Of a stretch of 64,000 nucleotides of DNA, positions 1-11,153 are shown piece by piece. The stretch covers positions 310,001 to 374,000 of the forward strand of contig CBFFRP010000263.1 of NCBI GenBank assembly GCA_965644295.1. The letters are read 5' to 3'. The notes beneath the pieces were generated by a model. That model ran no database searches, was not told where the DNA came from, and worked only from the letters and a program-made list of their open reading frames with translations. Made by a program: the position numbers and the translations under genes. Numbering within the stretch: position 1 is the stretch's first letter; every line of letters begins with the position of its first letter. This stretch comes from Paraphysomonas bandaiensis. Taxonomy: Eukaryota; Protista; Chrysophyceae.

Positions 1-70
1 GACGCGGCAACAGCCGCTGGGGGCACATTGCTAGTAGGTGGAGGATCATAAGCAGGTGAAGGATCATAAG

Positions 71-688
71 CAGTTAGTACAGTGTATAGTAACAACGCAC
101 AACAATAATCAGAACAATACCGCATATATACGACATACGACCCCGTCACCATCTTTATGAACAGTATTACTTACCCTGCTCGTGCGCTTTCGTGGTATCT
201 CTTCCTCCGCCTCCGGGTCGTCGTTGGATATGTCGCCACGAATGTTGACAACATTCTTCTTCCCGTTGCACTTCTCCTACACCATAATATGTACACAGTT
301 AGTGCAGTGTATAGTAACAACGCACAACAATAATCAGAACAATACCGCATATATACGACATACGACCCCGTCACCATCTTTATGAACAGTATTACTTACC
401 CTGCTCGTGCACTTTCGTGGTATCTCTTCCTCCGCCTCCGGGTCGTCGTTGGATATGTCGCCACGAATGTTGACAACATTCTTCTTCCCGTTGCACTTCT
501 CCTACACCATAATATGTACACAGTTAGTGCAGTGTATAGTAACAACGCACAACAATAATCAGAACAATACCGCATATATACGACATACGACCCCGTCACC
601 ATCTTTATGAGCAGTATTGCTTACCCTGCTCGTGCACTTTCGTGGTATCTCTTCCTCCGCCTCCGGGTCGTCGTTGGATATGTCGCCA
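71..688 (-). repeat. 225-bp tandem repeat (about 2.7 copies); each unit is a 102-nt phase-0 exon (EKCNGKKNVVNIRGDISNDDPEAEEEIPRK(R/C)TSR) plus an intron, in an unknown minus-strand gene running off the window start
   Basis: Near-identical units offset by 225 bp. On the minus strand each has TAG|GAGAAG...AGCAGG|GTAAG (exons 175-276 and 400-501, partial third ending at 625). Confidence 0.7.
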
Positions 689-689
689 T

Positions 690-1547
690 GTCTGAGAGTG
701 GTATCAGCTCTGCAGCAATCTGATGTATGTGTACGTGTCTGTCTGTCTGTCTGTGTGCTCAGGAGGTGTGATCCACACAACAATGAACACCTCATCCGAT
801 AAACCACACCTCCTGAGCACTCCTCACTGTCATCAACAATGTCACCATATTAACATCAGAAGATACTAACTCAGAAGATACATGCATCACTCTATATGTA
901 TGCATGTGTATGGTGTGTTAAGTTATGCATATATATATATTATTGTCATGATGTGCGTGTTGTAAGCACTGCTCGTGCAGTGTGGTTGCGGTGTAGTATG
1001 ATGGGTTCAATGTTCAGGTGGGCTCAAAGCAGGGGGAATAGGAAGTGTTCTAACGTGCACAATCAAACGATGTTATAATGTTTCGTCTGCTTGTACTTGT
1101 TGGACCTCTCTACACGAGTCCACACTCCTCAATCCACTGTATGAGGCTCTGTGCTACAGCCTCGTGACCAAACACTGTCATGAAGACCTTCCTGGAAGGC
1201 AGTTATAAGCCTGCAACTCTGAACCACATAGTAAGAAGTGTCATCTGAGAGTGGTGTGACCTCTGCAGCATTCGGAGGTGTGTGTATGTATGTGTGTGTC
1301 TGTCTGTGTGCTCAGGAGGTGTGATCCACACAACAATGAACACCTCATCCGATAAACCACACCTCCTGAGCACTCCTCACTGTCATCAACAATGTCACCA
1401 TCTAAGCACCAGAAGATACTGACTCAGAAGATCCATCCCTCTATATGTATGTATGTGTGTGTGTGTGTGTTAAGTTATGCATATGTATTATGGTCAAGAT
1501 GTGCGTGTTGTAGTCACTGCTCGTGCAGTGTGGTTGCGGTGTAGTGT
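690..1547. repeat. Diverged direct duplication (about 690-996 and 1243-1547); each copy has a 16-bp inverted repeat GTGCTCAGGAGGTGTG...CACACCTCCTGAGCAC
   Basis: Shared blocks visible in both copies; the hairpin and its loop are identical in both. Confidence 0.8.
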
Positions 1548-1814
1548 GATGCACACCGCGTCCTCATCACACACTCATGACGCGTGTTCGACGCTCTTGT
1601 GGGGCGTTTTTGGTCAAATTCAAATTTTTTTTGTACGTGTTTTTCTATATGTTATGCTGCGCCGTGCTCGATCTGGGCGCACATGCATGTCTAGATGTGT
1701 CCGGTGCGAGGAACATATTTTGAAATGCATGCACTTCATCTCCATGTGCAGTTAGTTTCTATCACATCAACACCATATCAATAGTAGCATGTGATGTGAT
1801 GTGATGTGATGTCA

Positions 1815-2715
1815 TCTGTGATATCCACTCGTGTCAGTAGCGGTGGCGACTGCTATTGGCGCAGGGTTGTCATGAAAAGATGTCGACAGAACTTACTTGT
1901 ATGTTATACTGTATATATAATGGTTGCGGAAGGAAACCTGTGACTTCAACTCGCCTCAATAGCGGTGGCGACTGCTATTGGGACAGTGTCGTCATGAAAA
2001 GATGTGACCTTCCCAACCTTCATATGTTATACTTGTTTGTTCGGTCACCTGTGATATCCACTCGTGTCAGTAGCGGTGGCGACTGCTATTGGCGCAGGGT
2101 TGTCATGAAAAGATGTCGACAGAACTTACTTGTATGTTATACTGTATATATAATGGTTGCGGAAGGAAACCTGTGACTTCAACTCGCCTCAATAGCGGTG
2201 GCGACTGCTATTGGGACAGTGTCGTCATGAAAAGATGTGACCTTCCCAACCTTCATATGTTATACTTGTTTGTTCGGTCACCTGTGATATCCACTCGTGT
2301 CAGTAGCGGTGGCGACTGCTATTGGCGCAGGGTTGTCATGAAAAGATGTCGACAGAACTTACTTGTATGTTATACTGTATATATAATGGTTGCGGAAGGA
2401 AACCTGTGACTTCAACTCGCCTCAATAGCGGTGGCGACTGCTATTGGGACAGTGTCGTCATGAAAAGATGTGACCTTCCCAACCTTCATATGTTATACTT
2501 GTTTGTTCGGTCACCTGTGATATCCACTCGTGTCAGTAGCGGTGGCGACTGCTATTGGCGCAGGGTTGTCATGAAAAGATGTCGACAGAACTTACTTGTA
2601 TGTTATACTGTATATATAATGGTTGCGGAAGGAAACCTGTGACTTCAACTCGCCTCAATAGCGGTGGCGACTGCTATTGGGACAGTGTCGTCATGAAAAG
2701 ATGTGACCTTCCCAA
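1815..2715. repeat. 233-bp tandem repeat, about 3.9 identical copies, each a dimer of two diverged ~115-bp sub-units
   Basis: Identical ORFs at 1856/2089/2322/2555 (period 233). AGCGGTGGCGACTGCTATTGG and TCATGAAAAGATGT occur twice per unit. Confidence 0.95.
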
Positions 2716-2899
2716 TCTGCACGTGTTGCATCCGTGTATTCTGTGCCCATGGTCTTTTGCTTGCAGTAAAATACATATCTATTATAAATATACATTAACT
2801 ATTGAAATATATTGTACAGATATATTTACTATTAGCATGAAAGAACCAGTGCCATGTTGAAGACCTTTATGTCCGCCTGCTGCATGCATTATGTGGTAA

Positions 2900-5800
2900 G
2901 AGTGAGATGGTATAGTGTATATAGTTAGATGGTATAGGGATGTATAGTGAGATAGTATAGTGGCATATATTGAGATGGTATAGTGGTATATATTGATATG
3001 GTATAGTGGTATATAGTGATATGGTATAGTGGTATATTGTGAGATGGTATAGTGGTATATTGTGATATGGTATAGTGGTATATTGTGAGATGGTATAGTG
3101 GTATATTGTGAGATGGTATAGTGGTATATAGTGATATGGTATAGTGTTATATAGTGAGATGGTATAGTGGTATATAGTGGGATGGTATCTGCGTGTATTG
3201 TGAGATGGTACAATGGTTGTATAGTGAGATGGTATAGTGTATATAGTTAGATGGTATATGGGTGAATCGTAATATGGTATAGTGGCATATGGTGAGATGG
3301 TATAGTGATATGGTATAGTAGTGGTATATAGTGAGATGGTATAGTGGTATATAGTGAGATGGTATAGTGGTGAATAGTAATATGGTGTAGGGATGTATAG
3401 TGAGATGGTATATTAGCATAGTTAGATGGCATAGTGATATATAGTTAGATGGTATAGTGCTATAATATAGTGAGATGGTATAGTGATGTATAGTGAGATA
3501 GTATAGTGACATATGGTGAGATGGTATAGTGGTATATAGTGAGATGGTATAGTGGTATATAGTGGGATGGTATCTGGGTATATAGTGAGATGGTACAGTG
3601 GTTGTATAGTGAGATGGTATAGTGGTATATTGTGAGATGGTATAGTGGTATATTGTGAGATGGTATAGTGGTATATAGTGATATGGTATAGTGTTATATA
3701 GTGAGATGGTATAGTGGTATATAGTGAGATGGTACAGTGGTTGTATAGTGCGATGGTACAGTGGTTGTATAGTGAGATGGTATAGTGTATATAGTTAGAT
3801 GGTATATGGGTGAATCGTAATATGGTATAGTGGCATATGGTGAGATGGTATAGTGATATGGTATAGTAGTGGTATATAGTGAGATGGTATAGTGGTATAT
3901 AGTGGGATGGTATAGTGGTGAATAGTAATATGGTGTAGGGATGTATAGTGAGATGGTATATTAGCATAGTTAGATGGCATAGTGATATAATATAGTGAGA
4001 TGGTATAGTGATGTATAGTGAGATAGTATAGTGACATATGGTGAGATGGTATAGTGGTATATAGTGAGATGGTATAGTGGTATATAGTGGGATGGTATCT
4101 GGGTGTATAGTGAGATGGTACAGTGGTTGTATAGTGAGATGGTATCTGGATGTATAGTGAGATGGTATAGTGACATATGGTGAGATGGTATCGTGGTATA
4201 TAGTGAGATGGTATAGTGGGATGGTATCTGGGTGTGTAGTGATATGGTACAGTGGTTGTATAGTGAGATGGTGTAGTGGTATATAGTGAGATGGTATATT
4301 AGCATAGTTAGATGGCATAGTGATATATAGTTAGATGGTATAGTGGTATAATATAGTGAGATAGTATAGTGGCATATGGTGAGATGGTATAGTGATATAT
4401 AGTGATATGGTATAGTAGTGGTATATAGTGAGATGGTATAGTGGTATATAGTGAGATGGTATAGTGGTATATAGTGGGATGGTATAGTGGTGAATAGTAA
4501 TATGGTATCTGGATGTATAGTGAGATGGTATATTAGCATAGTTAGATGGCATAGTGATATATAGTTAGATGGTGCAGTGGTTGTATAGTGAGATGGTATA
4601 GTGGTATATAGTGAGATAGTATAGTGGTATATAGTGAGATGGTATAGTGATGTATAGTGAGATGGTATAGTGGTATAATATAGTGATGTATAGTGAGGTA
4701 GTATATGGGTGTATAGTGAAATATAAAAGAATATCTGATTATTACATGAGAACGGTTGCGTACAGAAACTAGTTTTACATCTATAGAATAACTAATAACT
4801 CGACTTACTATATACTACTATTAGCGGGCTACCGTCTCGGGACTGCTTGTGCATCGCTGCGAGCACCATGGTTCAACCGTCCCTTGCAGTGAGGTTAATC
4901 GGGGGGTCTGCCTTTGGGCAGTGTGTCTGCCGGGCCTGTATCGTGAGTTTTACGGGGGATGGTTGGGGCTAGATGTATATGAGAGTGTAAGTCGGTGGTG
5001 TAGATGGTGCTCGTTGTCGAGGTGGGATTTCGACCACAAGTAAGGAGGAGTTGTTTCCGGAGTGGTGGTGCTTGTCTCTGTCGGGTTCGGACTCTTGCAG
5101 CGGATAGAATTCTTGGGGTGGATGTCGCTAGGAGTAGTTGGAGTATTTTTGGTGTCGGGTGAGTATCCTGCGACGGGCGTTGCTGTGAGTGTGGTGGGGT
5201 CGTAATCGGTGTTACTGATGCCGTGTCTGTGTTGTGATGTCTGAGACCTCTGTTTCGAAGCATGCGGAGCCCTCCACCATATAGGGGAAGGAGGATAGAG
5301 GTTACGGATTTTTCGAGAACGTGGAACTGATGTTCGAGCAGTGAGCTGGATATGTGGCGTCCGAATGCGTCGGTCAATTGTGTGGCAGTAATGTGGCCGG
5401 TCCAGTAGCGCTCAGCCTGGGGTGTGTGTGGATTCCATGCGGCTTTTGCTAGTTTGATTATGGCGGTGTGGAACCAGGGATGGGGGAGCGTGCGTGTGCG
5501 AAGTTTGTCGAACTTGTGGTGTGCTTGGTGAACATCTTCACGTATGTGAGTGAGGTCGGGGTGTGTGCAGGTGAGAAGCATGTGTGCCATGTTGTCGATT
5601 GGGAGTGCACAGTCTGCGCATGCTGAGGCCGTTGTTATGTGATCAGGCCCGGTTTTCCCTTTGGCTTGATTTCTGCCCATCGCGTATGATTTGTCCCATA
5701 CGTAGGTGTATAGTGAAATGGTATATGGGTGTATAGTGAGATAGTGTAGTGATGTATAGTTAGGTGGTATAGTGGTATACAGTAGATGGTATAGTGGTAT

Positions 5801-6090
5801 AATATAGTGGGATGGTATAGTGATGCATAGTAATATGGTATGGGTGTATAGTGAGATGGTATATGGGTGTATAGTGAGATGGTATATGGGTGTATAGTGA
5901 GATAGTGTAGTGATGTATAGTTAGGTGGTATAGTGGCATACAGTAGATGGTATAGTGGTATAATATAGTGGGATGGTATAGTGATGCATAGTAATATGGT
6001 ATGGGTGTATAGTGAGATGGTATATGGGTGTATAGTGAGATGGTATGTGGGTGTATTCTGAGATGGTGTAGTGGTGTTTAGTGAGATGGT
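2900..6090. repeat. Degenerate ~23-bp minisatellite (consensus about GTGAGATGGTATAGTGGTATATA) with a higher-order ~548-bp duplication, interrupted by a LINE fragment
   Basis: Dozens of variant copies; the blocks at about 3226 and 3774 are near-identical. Confidence 0.95.
4723..5704 (-). mobile_element. 5'-truncated non-LTR retrotransposon (LINE) 3' fragment with 15-bp target site duplication
   Basis: ORF 4895-5680 carries the CxxC...H...C zinc knuckle typical of LINE ORF2 C-termini (CADCALPIDNMAHMLLTC). GGTGTATAGTGAAAT flanks it at 4708-4722 and 5705-5719. Confidence 0.85.
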
Positions 6091-6322
6091 TATAGTTCAT
6101 ACTTGTGAACTGTATGTAATATATATGTGTAGTCGGTGACTTTTATTGCTGTAAAACTGAAGTAATATGGAAGAAATTAGTAAAAAATATTATAAATAAT
6201 ACTCTTCACACTGTTATTAACTTCATAGTTACTTATTGTGCATAGTTATACCCTTTTCCGACCATCACCAAAAATTTCACCAGGTTTTACATCAAAACCC
6301 AGGTTTTGGTATTACCTCGACT
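6068..6322 (+). repeat. ~255-bp repeat, inverted partner of 10519-10772
   Basis: Reverse complement matches 10519-10772 with scattered mismatches. Confidence 0.9.
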
Positions 6323-7088
6323 TGTTGAATAAACAGGCATCCGGGAATGGGCCCACCTGACACCTGACAGATTTGGCCGCCTACCAATTCATATTTTTAA
6401 TATATTGCTTCCTAGCAATGTGTTAGGTTATCATGTACTAATATATAAGGTAAATGCAATGTGAAAAATGGTAATACGTAGTTCTCATGACCATTCAAGA
6501 CAGTGGTCAGTGATTGCTATCAGAATGATGAAGTTCTGGTGATGTATTTATGCACAATGACACAATAGTGTGGGCAATAATTAATAATCTATCCAGTCTG
6601 ACGACTTAACGATCTGAGATATAAAATTGCTAAAAGCGTGCAAAAGAGTAAATCTATTTAACAAAATCAAAAAAGTTAAATTACCTCAACACTATAATCA
6701 TTGGCACTGTCTCTGAATTTAACGCTTTGTAATCTTAGTTGGTCATATTAGTGTAAGCATAAATGCATAAACCTATATAATTCGTGTTATTATGTAGTAC
6801 AGAGTACAGGAACCAGCACTGAGGATCCCATAGTATCTACTGTAGCACCTTAATTTTTTTTATACTACTACATATCTCACTATTTTCTATGCACTATTCA
6901 AAATGGGAAATATATTGGAATATCTTTTATCTGATACATTTGTTTCGGTAAAATAGAACACACCGTTGTCAGCACAATAGTGATTGAGCATATTGGTACA
7001 ATATTTGACATTACGTCAACAGTATAACTTTAAACTACTATCCGCAACTACTTCATCAAACCTATTTACTATATTCAATACAATACAT

Positions 7089-8064
7089 CTATATACAGCT
7101 ACCTGGCAGCATATCATTTCGCACTCGTCGCTTACCATTAGCATCAGAAATGAGTGGAATAGTGAGCTCTTCGTTAACATCAATATTTCGTGCTGCCCTA
7201 AACATCACTAGCATTGTTTCTGAGCAAGAAACAGTACTATAATTGGGATGATCTGTGAACCATTCGTAGGTTAGAGTGGGTTCATGACTCGAGTTGCTGG
7301 GTGGCTGGTACAGGGCACCCGTGCCCAAGAGAAGCATGAGTCCGAGGTCTGCTTTGCTGTCTGCATACCATGCATACTTCATAATATCAGTGCCTTCTCC
7401 GTGCCAAGCAGGCATGATAAGCCCCCTGGAGATTTCTACGACTTCACCCTCCCATATCCGCTGCCGAGCATAGACACGCCCATTGAATACTTCCGTCATA
7501 TCTGACGGGCATCCGGGCAAAGCCCTTACATTTCTAGCCGTATCATACTCGGGACTTTCCACAAGAGGAATCCCCCGTTCTTCAAACCACAGGGATGTGC
7601 CATAGGAAGAAAACATCTCCTCCCCTTTATCGATGTTCCTAGCAGCAGTGATATAAAAGTCAAGTACACCTTCATGAGCCACACGGTGACTACGGATTTC
7701 AGTTGAATGCACATGCAGCGATGAATTAACGTGATGATTATATACCTAACAAACATACAAGATTAAGCAATGCATGAAGTATTATATTATCAATCACCAT
7801 TGCGTAACCAAGCACTATATCAGAGAGCCCCGGGCTGTGAAAGAATACATAATTGTTAAGTATTGAAGATTTAATTTTATGCTCAGGAACAACAATGGTG
7901 ACACATCGCTCGATGATTTCACCTATCTCATAGCTTCTTCCTGCATACACTCCAATTCCATCTACAACATCGTGTTTTTTTTGAACTAGACTGCAATCTA
8001 AGCACAGTGTTTGTTGTGTACATAGAATCAGATAGTAGATAATCAAGACATATATACTGTACAT
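7089..8064 (-). CDS. Tandem (double) SET-domain protein with putative signal peptide; exons 8064-7798 and 7745-7089
   Basis: SET motifs GIGVYA...GEIIE, LGYAMVYNH (spliced across a 52-nt GT-AG intron) and AARNIDKGEEMFSSYG. Second SET-like repeat: RVYARQRIWEGEVVE...AARNIDVNEELTI. Hydrophobic N-terminus MYSIYVLIIYYLILC. Confidence 0.8.
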
Positions 8065-8568
8065 TATACAGGGGAAACTAGAAGATGTTTGTAAGTATAT
8101 CAGGCCTAATTTATGATTCATGATCTTAACTGCTAGAGTAGCTCATAGTTACCTACTGCTGCTGTATATGCATGTACGGGGGGGGATACATACACTCATA
8201 TCTCATATATACATAGATACACATATACAACATCGGCTCAATATAAAATACAGCTTTGTATATCCAGATATACTCCTGTATATACATGCATCATATGGAT
8301 ACTTGGATACTCTGTGTAGGGGTCACTGTATACCAGAAGTATACACTGTATATGAATCACATATATACGCAGCTGACACACACAGCCACAACTATTCTAC
8401 AGAGTATAGATCAGTACACTGTACATGTATATGTATATAACACTCACATACTCACTTAAACTGATCGTCTACATAACACTGTCTCTTTGACGTCTTATAT
8501 TTTCATTCAACACTGTCAAGTGACAGAAATCAAGGTTGTTAATACTTCGAGATCACAATATCAGTAGG

Positions 8569-9012
8569 ATGGAGATTATCTCCTCGAATGATGGCATATT
8601 ATGCAATGCTGAGGTGTATGATATAATAAAAGAAAAGAGGGGTCAGAGACCAAGCTGTAATAACCCGGAATTACAGAACAGAGAAGTCATAGAAAATAAT
8701 TTAATGTCATATGTAGAAACACAGAGACAAGGAACTGTCAGTCTAGATGCTGTTGGGCCTTTCATTGAGGCACTGACAAAAGAGGGTATTGTTTTAACTA
8801 AGGCCGAAGTATTGCTGATCATTAATCATTTACCTACAACTCCTGTCGAAGTTCATCTGGTAATTATCTATTTCAAATTGTGCCCGTCTTTACTGATGAA
8901 ATATGTGCAGATTGTTGAAGAATGTGACGAAAGGCTTTCCGAAGATCAAATGCAAATCATACTTGATTCAATAAATAAATATTTGAGCAATGCGGAACCC
9001 TCTGTAGAATAA
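8569..9012 (+). CDS. RPC9: DNA-directed RNA polymerase III subunit RPC9/C17 (Rpb4 family); intron 8860-8910
   Basis: LCNAEV at the N-terminus and LTKAEVLLIINHLPTTPVEVHL|IVEECDERLSEDQ match the C17/CRCP consensus once an in-frame 51-nt GT-AG intron is removed. Confidence 0.85.
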   Translation: MEIISSNDGILCNAEVYDIIKEKRGQRPSCNNPELQNREVIENNLMSYVETQRQGTVSLDAVGPFIEALTKEGIVLTKAEVLLIINHLPTTPVEVHLVIIYFKLCPSLLMKYVQIVEECDERLSEDQMQIILDSINKYLSNAEPSVE

Positions 9013-9378
9013 GAAGAATCAATAAATACATATATCATTAGTAATTAAGAGTCATATATATTAGACGATTATAGCACTCGTGTATATTGCTATAAATAAC
9101 ACTCACCAACTAGATGTAGTATAGAACAGCGAATATAGAATATAGAGGATTCTAACAAGAATCCAAATTCCAATCAGCAACTGCCCCATATTGACAGCGT
9201 AACTAATCACCGCGTGCGGCCCTCTAGTGGGTGCGGCTGAGTGTTGCGACCGCGCACCTCTACCTATGTTTACATTGCATAGTTCAGCGCTACCCCACCC
9301 GGGTTCTTGTTGGAAATTGCTCATTCTAAGCTAGTAGATCACAGCGCTCTAATTTAGCATGTGTCACTGCATTAGGAA

Positions 9379-10175
9379 TTAGTTCGTTGACCTCATTGAC
9401 CTCTTCGCATGCTGAGCCAAGTTGGACCATCCTGCTTTTCTCTGTCGCGGATACGATTTTTGGCATTCTCTGCATTCCCATTCTTTCTGACGGCCATCAT
9501 CAAAGTCCTCAAGTTGGGTAAAAAACACCCTTGAAATGGATTCTGGTGTTAAGTTGTCAGACATTTCTAGTAAATGATACATACATATTGTAAATAGTAT
9601 TATGATTATATAAACGAGTATAATATACTGTATATTACATGACCAAAACTCTAAGTATCCAGTATTTCGACTGCATAAAAAACAGAAATAGCCCTGATAA
9701 TCCATGTCCATACCGCTGCACATTACATTTGAATCCTGCAGTGTCTTGTATTGACAGTCCAGGATCGGTAAGAAGATGATTGCCACACTACTTATAGATA
9801 TATAAGGGTAATACGCTATGGATTGAGCTGAACTTAGTCTTGTTGCTCAAGGTCAAGAGTAAAGACACATAATCGACCGTACAAAGAACAAGGTACTTCT
9901 CTTAATGTAAAGATATTTATAATGAGAGGACAACCTCTTCCCACCATTTGAATAGCCGTTATAGTAGCCATTAAGGGCGATGGCCATTACAAGGGCAATA
10001 AATGGCTCTATTGACTATTGACCTTAATGTGTTCCAACTTCTATTTCTAAAATTATGTCCTAATACATATAGTAAATAATTGCCAATTAATTGCAATTTA
10101 ATTGCAATTATTATGTATGTTCCATGTAATTTAATTGCAATTAATTGCAATTCAATTAATTATTACGCAGCCCTG
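9379..10175 (-). mobile_element. hAT transposon relic: BED zinc finger fragment plus one TIR (CAGGGCTGCGTA) and AATTGCAATT subterminal palindromes
   Basis: WECRECQKSYPRQRKAGWSNLAQH is a BED finger. The TIR at 10164-10175 is identical to the TIRs of the MITE at 62788-62916. Confidence 0.7.
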
Positions 10176-10343
10176 CTGATGAGTCAAACTAATATATTGC
10201 AATATATTGTAATTGTATTGTTGGGCCTGTTTAAAATCTCCATCAATAGTATTGTTGGAACGCTCTCTAACAATACTATTGCAATATAGTGTTTCCTAGC
10301 CCTGCTGGTTAGAACTAATTTCACTTATGTTTTATCAATAACA

Positions 10344-10483
10344 TATATGGAATGTCTAATTATTAGCAATAGGAATTTAATCGTCAGAACTATTTTAGAA
10401 TCACAATTAACCTAATCAGTGCTCAACTCTCATATCCTACTATTTGACGCTACGAAAGCATCAAGGTGCAAACACTTTCACTC
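10344..10483. mobile_element. Short interspersed repeat family, copy 1 (GAATGTC..ATTATTAGCAATAGG ... ATCCTACTATTT..CGCTACGAAAGC ... AAGGTGCAA)
   Basis: Related copies at about 22547, 46041 and 46341. Flanked by TT(A/G)TCAATAACA direct repeats (10332-10343, 10484-10495). Confidence 0.65.
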
Positions 10484-10518
10484 TTGTCAATAACACAAAA
10501 CATTATACTGGGAGAGTT

Positions 10519-10772
10519 GAAGTCGAGGTAATACCAAAACCTGGGTTTTGATGTAAAACCTGGTGAAATTTTTGATGATGGTTGGAAAAGGGTATAACTA
10601 TGCACAATAAGTAACTATGAAGATAATAACAGTATGAAAAGTATTATTTATAATATTTTTTCCTAATTTCTTCCATATTACTTCAGTTTTACAGCAATAA
10701 AAGTCACCGACTACACATATATATTACATACAGTTCACAAGTATGAACTATAACCATCTCACTATACACCAC
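10519..10772 (-). repeat. ~255-bp repeat, inverted partner of 6068-6322
   Basis: Reverse-complement match; ends in a single unit of the 2900-6090 minisatellite (ACCATCTCACTATACACCAC). Confidence 0.9.
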
Positions 10773-10779
10773 TTTACCA

Positions 10780-11050
10780 TCATCAACATATATCAGCAAT
10801 AAGTGCAATTGACCATTACTCCATCGCATATACAAGCATGTATCTAAAATGCAAGCAGTAAAATGTAACGATTTGATGAACTTGTCAATATGCTTGTTCC
10901 ACTGCCTCGGTGATGACCGCAAACCATATAAGGCCTTGATCAATTGAAAACACCACCCCGCTGGCAACTCTTCATCAGGTGGAGGTGCCATATAAACATC
11001 CTCTTCAAGATCGGCATAACAAAACGCTGATGATACATCCAACTGAATTG
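10780..11050 (-). mobile_element. Ty1/copia reverse transcriptase fragment
   Basis: DVSSAF..ADLEEDVYM, LIKALYGL and LLIYVDD motifs of copia RT (RVT_2). Confidence 0.9.
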
Positions 11051-11153
11051 TACATCATGATGGGTATTTCGGATTATGTTTCTGGATACTTTTCTCCCCA
11101 TTCCATGCAATCCAATGCATAAATATCATCACTTCACGTCGCTCCACAACATA

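Noticed and set aside
1815-2715. CRISPR array (recurring 21-bp motif with intervening sequence)
   Set aside because: The intervening sequences alternate between two identical types rather than being unique, there are no cas genes, and the context is eukaryotic.
2782-4552. Long Tyr/Thr/Ile/His-rich ORFs on the minus strand
   Set aside because: They are translations of the minisatellite, open in several overlapping frames because of its composition.
2900-6090. Telomeric array
   Set aside because: G/T-rich on one strand, but the unit is a degenerate ~23-mer, internal, and not TTAGGG/TTTAGGG-like.
9200-9260. Helitron 3' end (GC-rich hairpin followed by CTAG on the minus strand)
   Set aside because: The CTAG is not followed by T, and I found no matching 5' TC end or Rep/helicase remnant.
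10176-10195. Hammerhead ribozyme (CTGATGAG)
   Set aside because: No stem II followed by GAAA can be formed.
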